Positions 51,221-60,803 of a stretch of 64,000 bases of DNA are shown here, in pieces. Position 1 is the first letter of the stretch. Each line of letters starts with the position of its first letter. The DNA lies in contig JALVYU010000007.1 of assembly GCA_027022365.1 (NCBI GenBank), positions 125,007 through 189,006 on the forward strand, written 5' to 3'. Below the pieces are notes generated by a model, which was not told the DNA's origin, did not search any database, and saw only the letters and a list, made by a program, of their open reading frames with translations. This stretch comes from Desulfurococcales archaeon. Its GTDB lineage: Archaea > Thermoproteota > Thermoprotei_A > Sulfolobales > Desulfurococcaceae. The position numbers and the translations under genes were made by a program.

Positions 51221-53872
51221 TTATTTTGATAGATCAATACCTTTCATACGTAGTATTTCGAGTACTTTATCGTGGAGTCTCATTATTAGTTTCCTCATAT
51301 CCTCCATGAGAACCACGTCGCTGTAACCATGAGCTATTATATTATGGGCAAATGGGCTTGGAACCGTTGTCGGTCCGAACACGACAATACCGATCTCGCC
51401 CTTATCGATTTTTTCGAGAACTTCTTTAGCAGCATCTATATGCATATAGTCCTCCAGGATCTCCCTGTACGTCTCCTTCAAAACAGGGAAGTTAGGGATA
51501 TCCTCGACAGCTCTGAGTAGCTCCTCGGCATTGATTTGTAGTTTATGAACACTCTTCTCGTACCCCCTATACCTTCTGAGGATCATGAATGAACGGACAG
51601 CACAGTGTCTAAATCTTCTTTTCAGCATCTCGGTTCTTCGTAGGACCTTTTTGAGCACATCTTCGACGTTATTGGGGGTTATCATTCTGAATATTGCTTT
51701 CCAGTCTCCATTCGGATGACCCTTTATGCTCAGCATGAATCCATTATCGGTCACAGTTATCTTGACATTAACTCCTAATGTTTTTCCGACGAAATAGGCG
51801 TAGGCTCTTGATAATGCAGCATTAACACGTCTCCCGAACAAGCTATGAACAATTATGTTTCTTTCATGGGGCTCGTCATACACCTCTATCATTATGAGTT
51901 TATCGCTAGGAATTACTCCCTCGGTGAACAATATTTGTTCCCTGATGTACTCGTATATATTCTCGGCCGCTGTTTTCTGTAGCCTGTAATTCTTCCTTAG
52001 CCACTCGACTACTTTCTCCTTGGGCTCCATCATTATCTTCTCGGCGACTAGCCTCCTAAACTTGCCAACCTCTAGTGCTGAGTCGTAAGCTAGTGGTAGC
52101 ATTTCGCTGAACCAGCTGGGAACGGTTGGACGTGCGCCATCCGCGGGTTTCACTATGACGCGGAATCCACGGCTTCCCAAGTACTCGTATACTCGCCCAC
52201 CAAGCACGAAAAGATCTCCAGGGACGAGGTATTCTACGAAAGACTCTTCCAGAGTCCCAACGTATTTACCATCTATTGTGAATACATGTGCCTTGCTCTC
52301 ATCGGGAATAGTACCTATGTTTTGATAATAAATCATACGTGCACTCCTCTTTCTACCAAAGACACCCTCTTCTTCATCAAACCATATCTTTGAGTATACT
52401 TTTGCATGCTCGAAATAATCACCGTATCTTCCGCTCAAATATCTTAATACGCTCATATAGTCTTCCCAGGAAAGATCGTGGAACGTATAGCTTCTCCTTA
52501 TAAGCCTATAGGCTTCATTCACATGCCATTTCTTTTCAAGCGATAAACCAACAATATGTTGCGCAAGGACATCAAGGGGGTTCCGAGGTATCCTGACACG
52601 GTCTATCTTATGCTCATACGCAGCCTTAGCGAGCACTGTGCATTCCACTAGATCGTCTCTGTCGACAACGATGATCCTGCCCTTACTAACCTCCCTAATA
52701 TGGTGGCCTGCCCTCCCTATCCTCTGAAGTAGTCTCGAGACGCTCTTGGGACTGCTGAGCAGGACAACGAGATCAATGTAGCCTATATCTATTCCAAGCT
52801 CTAGGCTTGTAGAACTTACTATTGCTCGTAGTTCGCCTTTTTTCAGCTTCTCTTCTATCTCTAACCGTACCTCTCTACTGAGACTACTGTGATGAGCTTC
52901 TATCTTATCGACGTCGATTATTTTTTCCTTCTCCATGATTTTTCTCAGTTTATAGACGACTCTCTCCGTCGCGCTTCTCGTGTTAGTAAAGATTAGGGTA
53001 GTCTTGTGGTGTTTGATCAAATTAATGAGTGTCCTGTATATTTTCTCCTGGATCTCCTCTGCCGTTGCATGGACAAGGTCTCTGAGAGGCGATAATACCC
53101 TGATATCTATTGGCTTGGCGAACCTGGCATCCACAATGACACAGTCTCTGGGCTCACCATTATCGTTGTATCCGACAAGGAATTTAGCTACCTCTTCGAG
53201 TGGCGCTATCGTGGCACTTAATCCTATTCTCGTCAGTGGACGGCCTACGAGATTCTCTAGTCTTTCAATACTAAGGCTCAGATGGCTGCCGCGCTTACTG
53301 CTGGCTAGTTCGTGTATTTCATCTATGATCACTACCTCTGCAGTCCTTAGTCTTTCTCTGAACTTCGGAGCATTCAGCGCTATGGCAAGACTCTCCGGGG
53401 TAGTGATCAATATATGTGGAGGATCTCTGGTCATTCTTTGTTTCTCACTAGGACTAGTATCGCTTGTTCTGACAGCTACTTTTATCTTGGGCAGGATCTT
53501 CCCCATCTTCTCCGCTACTTCCCTTATCTCAGTAATTGGCCTTATCAGGTTTCGATACATATCATTATTGAGAGCGCGGAGCGGGCTAACATATACGACT
53601 CTTATTCCTTCGGGAAGCTCCCCATTTTCCTCGTAATATTTGTAGAGATCATCTATTATTCCGAGAAAAACAGCCAAGGTCTTACCTGTACCGGTTGGAG
53701 ACGAGATCAGTGTATTCATGCGTCGCTTAATAAGTGGGATTGCCATGCGCTGGGGCGGTGTGAAAGTCTCAAATCTAGACTTAAACCATTTCCGAACATA
53801 CGGTCTCAGTAATCTATAGATGTATCTATCACTGTATGCCTTCTTGGCAAATCTTATTGGCAAAACAATCAC
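51221..53872 (-). CDS. lhr: Lhr-like ATP-dependent helicase
   Basis: PTGTGKT, DEIH, SAT, HHSSL, SLELGIDIG, QRIGRAGH, P.W.SE. Confidence 0.93.
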   Translation of the reverse strand: MIVLPIRFAKKAYSDRYIYRLLRPYVRKWFKSRFETFTPPQRMAIPLIKRRMNTLISSPTGTGKTLAVFLGIIDDLYKYYEENGELPEGIRVVYVSPLRALNNDMYRNLIRPITEIREVAEKMGKILPKIKVAVRTSDTSPSEKQRMTRDPPHILITTPESLAIALNAPKFRERLRTAEVVIIDEIHELASSKRGSHLSLSIERLENLVGRPLTRIGLSATIAPLEEVAKFLVGYNDNGEPRDCVIVDARFAKPIDIRVLSPLRDLVHATAEEIQEKIYRTLINLIKHHKTTLIFTNTRSATERVVYKLRKIMEKEKIIDVDKIEAHHSSLSREVRLEIEEKLKKGELRAIVSSTSLELGIDIGYIDLVVLLSSPKSVSRLLQRIGRAGHHIREVSKGRIIVVDRDDLVECTVLAKAAYEHKIDRVRIPRNPLDVLAQHIVGLSLEKKWHVNEAYRLIRRSYTFHDLSWEDYMSVLRYLSGRYGDYFEHAKVYSKIWFDEEEGVFGRKRSARMIYYQNIGTIPDESKAHVFTIDGKYVGTLEESFVEYLVPGDLFVLGGRVYEYLGSRGFRVIVKPADGARPTVPSWFSEMLPLAYDSALEVGKFRRLVAEKIMMEPKEKVVEWLRKNYRLQKTAAENIYEYIREQILFTEGVIPSDKLIMIEVYDEPHERNIIVHSLFGRRVNAALSRAYAYFVGKTLGVNVKITVTDNGFMLSIKGHPNGDWKAIFRMITPNNVEDVLKKVLRRTEMLKRRFRHCAVRSFMILRRYRGYEKSVHKLQINAEELLRAVEDIPNFPVLKETYREILEDYMHIDAAKEVLEKIDKGEIGIVVFGPTTVPSPFAHNIIAHGYSDVVLMEDMRKLIMRLHDKVLEILRMKGIDLSK

Positions 53873-53942
53873 CCTTGAAAAACAGTGGGGCTGGGGAACA
53901 GTATTTGTTAGGCCTCGTTTATTGTTTATTTCTTGTTATCCC

Positions 53943-55349
53943 TTATCGCCTGATTATGTCTTCGAACCACCTGTAGCAGGTATAAATGTATCCCAGACTA
54001 TATGCTATGAACCAGAGTCCGGTATAGATTAGATTTATTAAAAACAGATATAATCCGAACAGGAAAGTCGTCGCTCCAATGATCAGTTCCCATGGTACTC
54101 TATATCCATGGGTCTTTTCCTCGTGCCTCCCCTTAGGTGTTCTCTTGTATATGAAGGGCATCCTAAGCAGTGCTTTGAATGAAGCATAGGTTAAGGTAGG
54201 TGTCAATGAAACTGTTGTAGCAGATGATCTGCCTAGGTTCACGATTATCCGCCATATATTGCTATCTGACTCTCTGAGCGAGTCTATGTAGGAGTAGGCG
54301 TAGACAGCTGCTGATACTATCCATGGAATACCCATAAACCAGTACAGCTGAAGGTAGTCGATGGGCGATAAGATACATGCAATCACTAGCATCAAGACAC
54401 CTATTATCCCGAGAACTGCCGGAGTATATTGGAGGAGAAACACCAAGCTATCAAGACGGGCAAATAGTGGATATGGTGCAAGTATTATGTCTTTGAACCT
54501 TGACAACGCAACATCTAATGCACCATAAGCCCATCTCTCCTGCTGAATCCGTAAGCTCCTATATCTTCTGGGTACTTCAACCAACACCTTGTTCTTATCG
54601 TAGTACAGTATCCTCTTGCCCAGCCTCATCAGTCTGGCACCGATCTCCATGTCGTCTTGGATCCTCCTCTCATCCCATCCTCTAAGCTCTTTTTTAAGCA
54701 CCTTGGCTTTGTAGAGTGTTCCCGTACCCAGAGGGAACACTGGTAAGCCTCTGCCCGCTCTCCCCTTATAGATTGTATCGACAACAAATTTCATCGAATA
54801 AGCTATTGCTTCGGCTATACGGCTATCCCTGTTTTTCGGGGCCCACCTAGCTACAACAGCATCAGCTTCTCCCTCCTCTATCAGTTTGGCTGCATTAACC
54901 AGGAATTCCTCATCTATACGGCTATCAACATCCATGACGTAAACGTATCTACCACTGGAAGCATACAGGCCCACATTGAGGGCACCTGTCCTGAACCCTC
55001 TTGCCTCGCTCCTCCATATTAGTGACACGTCTAAGCCCTTCTCTCTCCATTTCTCGACTATGTTTCTTATTTGGTCTAGTCTCTTGGGAGGATCATCAGA
55101 GACTACTATGACCTCCTTATCGATCTTTAGTTGAGAGAGGAAAGCAAGGGCTTCATACAATAGTTCAAAAGGCTCTTTCCTAATAGGGATAATTATTGAC
55201 ACGCGTCCGAGACGCGCCCCATTGTACTTGGGCGTTGGAAGCCTATACTTCTTTTTCGAGTGATACATTATTGTCTGAAACAAGAAGAGGATTGTTGATG
55301 GAACCATTATCAGTACTAGTCCTATAATCCCTATTATAGCGGCATCCAT
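53943..55349 (-). CDS. processive GT2 glycosyltransferase (cellulose synthase-like)
   Basis: DD, DVD, QDD, QQERW motifs, multiple TMs, F.YKRTPKG. Confidence 0.9.
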   Translation of the reverse strand: MDAAIIGIIGLVLIMVPSTILFLFQTIMYHSKKKYRLPTPKYNGARLGRVSIIIPIRKEPFELLYEALAFLSQLKIDKEVIVVSDDPPKRLDQIRNIVEKWREKGLDVSLIWRSEARGFRTGALNVGLYASSGRYVYVMDVDSRIDEEFLVNAAKLIEEGEADAVVARWAPKNRDSRIAEAIAYSMKFVVDTIYKGRAGRGLPVFPLGTGTLYKAKVLKKELRGWDERRIQDDMEIGARLMRLGKRILYYDKNKVLVEVPRRYRSLRIQQERWAYGALDVALSRFKDIILAPYPLFARLDSLVFLLQYTPAVLGIIGVLMLVIACILSPIDYLQLYWFMGIPWIVSAAVYAYSYIDSLRESDSNIWRIIVNLGRSSATTVSLTPTLTYASFKALLRMPFIYKRTPKGRHEEKTHGYRVPWELIIGATTFLFGLYLFLINLIYTGLWFIAYSLGYIYTCYRWFEDIIRR

Positions 55350-55746
55350 GGTAGACCACGCCGTATATTCGGCATAATAACGATTTAGTCACATCTTCAT
55401 TAATTAAAAATAATACTAATTGTACCAGGTTTTGTCTGCTTCCCTCGCAATTTCAAATTATGTTTAACGTTTTGTATACAGACATTAATTGATACTATTA
55501 TAATCATTCTATGCGTCGTTATATGGTTTGTTTCTCCAAATTATTACTCCACACATAATTAACTCGTAAAGTATCATATTCTCCTTCATTTTTATCTAAG
55601 TCTTTGAGGGTCCTAAAACCTTACATATTTTGTAATAGTAGGATAGGTTCAATAAAGACGGAGCGCCTAATTGGTTAGGCGTGATAAATAAATCCCGAAC
55701 CATATAAGTATCTTGCTCGACGTAATGGTATATGGGTGGCTAAGCA

Positions 55747-56394
55747 ATGCCTATGGTTAGATGGCATGGACACGCCTGTGTGGAGATCAGGAGACTTAAT
55801 GGCTATACGGTGGTATTTGATCCCCATGATGGTTTAAGCATAGGTTTGCCTAGACCGGATGTTAAAGCAGATCTAGTTCTGATAACGCATGATCATTTCG
55901 ACCATAATGCGGCAGAGATAGTTTCAAAACCAACGACAAGGGTTTTTAAGCAGTTCTATGGTGAGGCACGAATAGATAATATTGTAGTACATGGTTATAA
56001 GACGTATCATGATAAGTTCCAGGGAAAAAGAAGGGGCGAGAACACAGTCTACATAGTCGAACTAGACGGTTACAGAATAGCGCATCTAGGTGACCTGGGC
56101 CATATACCCGATAAAGACGTGCTGAAAAAGCTAGCAGAGGTAGATCTTCTAATTATACCTGTAGGGGGAGTATACACTATATATCCCGATGAGGCATGGA
56201 AAATAATCGAAGAAACCAGGCCAAAGAACGTCCTCCCTGTACATTATTGGGTGGAAGGCCTCCGCCTACCATTACATCCCCTCAAAGACTTTATTGCTTT
56301 TGTGAAAAAGTATAGTGTTAAAAGACTAGATAAAAGCTCGTTTGATCTACAGGACTATGAGAACTCCATAATAGTTCCTAAGCCTCCCTATTAA
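55747..56394 (+). CDS. MBL-fold hydrolase (UPF0173-like)
   Basis: GHAC, DPH, THDHFDH, HLGDLG, PVHY. Confidence 0.9.
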   Translation: MPMVRWHGHACVEIRRLNGYTVVFDPHDGLSIGLPRPDVKADLVLITHDHFDHNAAEIVSKPTTRVFKQFYGEARIDNIVVHGYKTYHDKFQGKRRGENTVYIVELDGYRIAHLGDLGHIPDKDVLKKLAEVDLLIIPVGGVYTIYPDEAWKIIEETRPKNVLPVHYWVEGLRLPLHPLKDFIAFVKKYSVKRLDKSSFDLQDYENSIIVPKPPY

Positions 56395-56590
56395 AATAAT
56401 GTTGTTAAAGTGATCTAATTTGAGGAACGAGTACGGGCATGCTGGAAGCGTTGAAAAAGAAGAGGCTAAACTAAGAGAATTATCTATGAAGTTCTTGTCA
56501 AGGCTCGGAATATCCGCTCCAGCTGAGAGGATTAACAGGGTTTTACTACTGCATAATATTATTGATAGCCTGTATAGAAGCAGGTTGATC

Positions 56591-56650
56591 GGCCGTAATG
56601 ATGAGAAGACTGCGCAGACGGGTGAAGACGGATCAACCGGCTGAGCGGTC
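56591..56650 (+). ncRNA. box C/D guide sRNA (D guide matches 16S rRNA 5' end)
   Basis: C ATGATGA 56598-604, D' CAGA, C' GTGAAGA, guide CGGATCAACCGG, D CTGA 56641-44, terminal stem GGCCGT/GCGGTC. Confidence 0.88.
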
Positions 56651-56702
56651 AGGCCGCTGAAAGCTCATCATTTTATCAGGCACTGACGGTTTCCTCATCC
56701 CA
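56645..56702 (-). ncRNA. box C/D guide sRNA, convergent with the previous one
   Basis: minus strand: C ATGAGGA, guide AACCGTCAGTGC, D' CTGA, C' ATGATGA, guide GCTTTCAGCGGC, D CTGA. Confidence 0.85.
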
Positions 56703-56745
56703 AAACATACAATATTATTTTACCAAGTCATAGCGCTAAATAATA

Positions 56746-56818
56746 GTGCGGGATGAGCGTATCCCGCCCCATATTGGAGGCCCAGCCGATGAAATCACCA
56801 GGCCGGATGCGACCGCAT
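56746..56818 (+). ncRNA. atypical double K-turn (C/D-like) sRNA
   Basis: stem GTGCGG/CCGCAT, GGGATGA...GCGA outer K-turn, TGGA-GGC/GCC-GATGA inner K-turn, 16-18-nt spacers. Confidence 0.6.
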
Positions 56819-56875
56819 ATTTAGTAGAGAGACAATCAATAACTTGTAGCGTATCTCGACCAGAAATAAAGGTGT

Positions 56876-57172
56876 ATGATATTGGCCTACGTCTGGGAGC
56901 CGAGATGGGAACCATACATCGTTGAAGTAAATGGTATAAAGATAAGGACATGCAGAGACAAGACAACAGGCATGATAGCATGTCCCATATGTATTCATGC
57001 TGCCTCGAAGTGCCTAGAATTATCCAAAGAACCACACAACTACAACTATGAGAACAGCTTCTTCTTCTCACCTATTGACTTGATTATTCACATTAAGGAA
57101 TATCATCTAAGAGGAAAGAATGCAAGGATACTGCGTGAAAAACTTGCCGAGGCAAGCAAGAATAAACACTAG
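56876..57172 (+). CDS. small C2H2-like Zn-finger protein
   Basis: ACPIC...F.S..DLI.HIKEYH. Confidence 0.7.
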   Translation: MILAYVWEPRWEPYIVEVNGIKIRTCRDKTTGMIACPICIHAASKCLELSKEPHNYNYENSFFFSPIDLIIHIKEYHLRGKNARILREKLAEASKNKH

Positions 57173-57183
57173 GGGATATTATA

Positions 57184-58038
57184 GTGGAAATAGTACTCAT
57201 CGGTAATCCCACGATAGACAAGATATATGTTGATGGATTCTTCATAAGAGAAAGTATTGGTGGCGGCATATATTATTCTCTGGAAGCATTGAGGGAAATC
57301 TATGGAAGACGATATAAAATAGCAGTTATAACAGCTATTTCTCCGCATCAGTATTCCTGGTTATCAATACTTCATCGATCGGGGGTAGAAATCATAGCTT
57401 ATCCATCACTTCTGACCAATGTCTTTGTCTTGAAATACGAGGGCGGTAAGAGAAGAATCTATATCGAGGAAAAATCGCCTCCGCTAATCTTCTCTTTTGA
57501 TAAAATATATGATGTCGCAATCGTTAATCCAGTTATGAACGAAATACTACCCCACCAACTAAGAATAACAAAGATAAAAACACGGTTCACAGCGATAGAC
57601 ATACAGGGATTTATTCGTAGATGCAGAGACAAGTTTATCGAGTACTATAGGCCCCCCCATCTAAAGGATCTATTTAGATTCAGTAATGTGGTACATATGA
57701 ATGATGATGAGGCACAGTATCTCACGGGAACACTACGTTTCGACGAGCAAGTCAAAAAACTAGTCGAGCTATCTCCTAATACTATATTCATAGTATCATC
57801 GCCGGAACACGTTGCGATGGGCACACAGAGCCTCTATGAGTATATTGAAGTACCCGATACACGTTATCCGGATACAACAGGGGCAGGCGATTATCTGCTC
57901 GCTGTATTTGCGGTTGAGCTCTATAGATCAAATGATCCTATGATTTCGCTTGTAAGGGCAATTAAGAAAACACAGGAATGGCTAAATAGGAAAAATGCCT
58001 CATCGCGGCCTGCCACCCCCAACCACCACCGCCACTGA
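57184..58038 (+). CDS. PfkB family carbohydrate kinase
   Basis: GN.TID, GGG..Y, DIQGF, N..EA, DTTGAGD. Confidence 0.88.
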   Translation: MEIVLIGNPTIDKIYVDGFFIRESIGGGIYYSLEALREIYGRRYKIAVITAISPHQYSWLSILHRSGVEIIAYPSLLTNVFVLKYEGGKRRIYIEEKSPPLIFSFDKIYDVAIVNPVMNEILPHQLRITKIKTRFTAIDIQGFIRRCRDKFIEYYRPPHLKDLFRFSNVVHMNDDEAQYLTGTLRFDEQVKKLVELSPNTIFIVSSPEHVAMGTQSLYEYIEVPDTRYPDTTGAGDYLLAVFAVELYRSNDPMISLVRAIKKTQEWLNRKNASSRPATPNHHRH

Positions 58039-58270
58039 TCTCCCGGCCATATAAAACCCGGGGGAAGAGCGGCCACTATTCATTTTGAATAATATGATAT
58101 TGTTTAGTTCCCAACTACTGTGCAAAGGAATTACTGGGATTATATCTTATTAGAGTGTTAGGCCCTAGCTATTGGGGGCGTCGCCGGATACATTATATGA
58201 GCATTGTTTCGCAGGCGGTGGTGGTTTAATGTATTATCCTAATTACTGTGGGTGGCAGGCCGCTCGGCAT
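57995..58270 (-). ncRNA. unassigned ~276-nt structured RNA candidate closed by a K-turn
   Basis: perfect inverted repeats 58005-18/58250-63 (14 bp) and 58021-33/58214-26 (13 bp); ATGCC-GA / GAT-GA-GGCAT K-turn on minus strand; TTTATTAAA 21-29 nt upstream. Confidence 0.6.
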
Positions 58271-58326
58271 GTATTATTTTATTTAAACATTTTAATAAAT
58301 GTTTGGATTACTGTTCAAAGAATAGA

Positions 58327-58701
58327 TTAGTCAACCATGACGGCACCCTCGAAGAAGCCAGTATAATACGTGGCGGCAAAAACAATACCTTCTTGTCTCG
58401 GAGGCGGTGTTTCCCCTAGCCTGTCCATTATATAGTCTATTAGCTCTTCTTCGCTGGGCGCTCTGCCGATGAATGCCGTTCTACCGTTAACAAGGATCTT
58501 TGGAAGATCAGGTATCTCAAGGCCTATGGGATCCGTTAACCAGATATGTACAGGGATTATTTCTACCCATATATTCTTTTGCTCGAGAAGCTTCTTAGCA
58601 ACATTCCAAGCCGTCTGGAGAGCCTTATCGCTCTCATCATCGAAACCGAGGTAAATTGTTACTTGTACTTTTATAGGCTCTATAATTATTTCTTCACTCA
58701 T
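58327..58701 (-). CDS. thioredoxin-fold protein lacking CxxC
   Basis: LPKILVNGR..FIG..PSEEEL is a thioredoxin C-terminal signature; FDDES at the CxxC position. Confidence 0.65.
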   Translation of the reverse strand: MSEEIIIEPIKVQVTIYLGFDDESDKALQTAWNVAKKLLEQKNIWVEIIPVHIWLTDPIGLEIPDLPKILVNGRTAFIGRAPSEEELIDYIMDRLGETPPPRQEGIVFAATYYTGFFEGAVMVD

Positions 58702-58826
58702 CCCGGTCCCCGGCTATAGAATCGTTTCCGTACAGGGATTTAAACCCGGAAAACTGGTGTAACCGAGGGAATACCGAGTCCCAGGATTTATAAGGATGTG
58801 GAATAAGCGGATTTCATGCATAAAAC

Positions 58827-60209
58827 TTACTGTATCTTTTCTTTCTTGATAGGATGGATTGCGTCTTTCGGTGCAGCTTTGAACACTTCAAGATAGGGTC
58901 GCAGAACCCTGGGTATTACAACGACTCCATCAGGCTCCTGATAGTTCTCAAGGATAGATGTTATAGTCCTCGTGCTGGCGATAGCCGTTGAGTTCAGTGT
59001 ATGGAGATATTCCTTTACCATACCTTTTCTCCGTATAAGCCTAATTCCTAGTCTGAAGGCTTGCCAGTCAGTACAGTTGCTACAACTTACCATTTCTCTG
59101 TATCTCCCCTGCGCGGGCATCCATGTCTCTAGGTCGTATTTCTTGGCTGCCGGTGCTCCTAGGTCGCCGCTTGCAATATTTACAATACGGTAGGGGAGGC
59201 CTAGGCCTTGGAACAATGCCTCGGCATTAGCGATCAGTTCCTCCATTATCTCCCAGCTCTCCTCGGGCTTAGCATATACGAATTGTTCAACCTTATGGAA
59301 CTGGTGTACACGGAATATGCCTTTCAGGTCTCTGTTTCCTGCGCCCGCCTCTTTTCTGAAGCATGGACTTATGCCTGCATATTTGAGGGGCAACATTTCT
59401 TCGGGGATGTCTTCTCCTGCGTGGAGCGCTGCTAGAGGATGCTCTGCTGTTGCTATAAGGTATAGGTCTTCTCCCTCGATCTTGTATATTGCGTCCCTGA
59501 ATGTGTCCATGTCGATGACGCCCATCATTATATTGTATCTAAGCATATAGGGTGGTAGGACGAGCGCGAACCCCTTGCTTGTCAGATAGTCTACGGCATA
59601 GGCTAGTAGAGCCATATCAAGGAACACGATATCCTTGAAGAGATAGTAGAACCTGCTACCAGCTACTTGTCCAGCTTTAAACGTGTCCCCGAGGCGCAAC
59701 ACTTTTTCCAGCATATCTGCGTGTCCGATAGGCTTCCAGTCAATTACTTCGTAGTCTATCTTAAACCCGTATTTCTCGGTTTGTTCCTTGAACTGATCGA
59801 TATATCCTTTCCATACCTTGGGCTTACCCCAGAACCTTATCGGTACATTATAGGTATCATCAGGGCCTATGGGTACCGATTCGTGGAGAATATTCGGTAA
59901 TTTGAATAAGAGTTTGATCCTCCTCTCTTCTAGCTCTTTGAGCTCCTTTTCTAATTCCTCGAGCTCTGCTTTCAGCTCCCTAACTTCTCTTATCTTCTCT
60001 TCTCTCTCCCGGCCCTTAAGCCTCGCGATTTCTCGGCTCAACACGTTGTGTTTATGTCTTATCTCTTGGATCTTAGTCAATAGCTGGCGCCACTTGAGAT
60101 CGGTCTCGTAGGCTTCATCAACTATTCTGGGATCCATGAACCTCTTCTTAACATACTCTCTGAGCTTGTCGGGATCATTACGGAGTAGCTCGAGTATACT
60201 CCATGGCAT
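58827..60209 (-). CDS. serS: serine--tRNA ligase
   Basis: N-terminal coiled coil, [42 protein letters not shown]. Confidence 0.97.
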   Translation of the reverse strand: MPWSILELLRNDPDKLREYVKKRFMDPRIVDEAYETDLKWRQLLTKIQEIRHKHNVLSREIARLKGREREEKIREVRELKAELEELEKELKELEERRIKLLFKLPNILHESVPIGPDDTYNVPIRFWGKPKVWKGYIDQFKEQTEKYGFKIDYEVIDWKPIGHADMLEKVLRLGDTFKAGQVAGSRFYYLFKDIVFLDMALLAYAVDYLTSKGFALVLPPYMLRYNIMMGVIDMDTFRDAIYKIEGEDLYLIATAEHPLAALHAGEDIPEEMLPLKYAGISPCFRKEAGAGNRDLKGIFRVHQFHKVEQFVYAKPEESWEIMEELIANAEALFQGLGLPYRIVNIASGDLGAPAAKKYDLETWMPAQGRYREMVSCSNCTDWQAFRLGIRLIRRKGMVKEYLHTLNSTAIASTRTITSILENYQEPDGVVVIPRVLRPYLEVFKAAPKDAIHPIKKEKIQ

Positions 60210-60286
60210 ATGTGTTCACACCTGCAAAGAAAAGATGCTTTTCTTATGAAAAATCTTTTTCTATCATTGAACCATAATATCTGGTA

Positions 60287-60655
60287 TTATTTTTGACCAT
60301 AGGCTTTCCTATACTCTTCGACTATATCGTAACCGAATCTCTCCTTGAATATTCTTCGTCCTTTCTCCGTCATGCGCTCAGGGGTCCAGGGAGGATCATA
60401 GACGAGTTCTATCTCTGCATCGACCCCAAGCTTTTTCTTCAGTTCTTCGGCAACCATCATTGGCAAAATATTCGCGAGGGGACAGAACGGGGTTGTTAGC
60501 CCCATTTGTATCTTTACATGTTTATTGTCAATGATCTTGATGTCGTAGATTAGCCCTAGATTCCACAGATCTATTCCTATCTCGGGATCAGTTATTGTTT
60601 CGAGAATTGATATGATCTTTTTCCTTAGTTCTCCATAATCTTGGTTTTCCGGCAT
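60287..60655 (-). CDS. DUF59/SufT metal-sulfur cluster assembly factor
   Basis: DPEIG.D..NLGLIY, TTPFCP, DPPWTPERM; ATG at 60655 after GGTGA. Confidence 0.9.
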   Translation of the reverse strand: MPENQDYGELRKKIISILETITDPEIGIDLWNLGLIYDIKIIDNKHVKIQMGLTTPFCPLANILPMMVAEELKKKLGVDAEIELVYDPPWTPERMTEKGRRIFKERFGYDIVEEYRKAYGQK

Positions 60656-60677
60656 ATTCTCTTCACCGCTGAGAAAA

Positions 60678-60756
60678 TATAGTGCGGGGGACAAGTCCCC
60701 CCAAGTCATCCAATACCCCTACTGCGGGGGCGTCGTACTTGGGGGGCGGCGCGCAT
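60678..60756 (-). ncRNA. candidate H/ACA guide sRNA
   Basis: stem CCCCCCAAGT/ACTTGGGGGG, GA-containing internal loop, pocket CGCCG/ACTTGTCCCC, lower stem TGCG/CGCA, ATA box 16 nt after upper stem. Confidence 0.6.
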
Positions 60757-60803
60757 GTTAAAAGGATTATTTATCGGCCTTTTTTACTCTTACTTGAAGA
60801 AAT

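Noticed and set aside
56420-56644. 74-aa ORF
   Set aside because: Its 3' part is a well-formed C/D sRNA and the stop is the D-box TGA; no recognisable family. A short real peptide cannot be excluded.
57995-58270. RNase P RNA or SRP RNA
   Set aside because: Size fits, but no GAGGAAAxUCC/ACAGAA P4 motifs and no SRP helix-8 GGAA/AGCA motif on either strand.
58790-58820. CCGCTTATTCC on the minus strand, complementary to a 16S segment
   Set aside because: No convincing C/D or H/ACA box arrangement; an 11-nt match may be chance.
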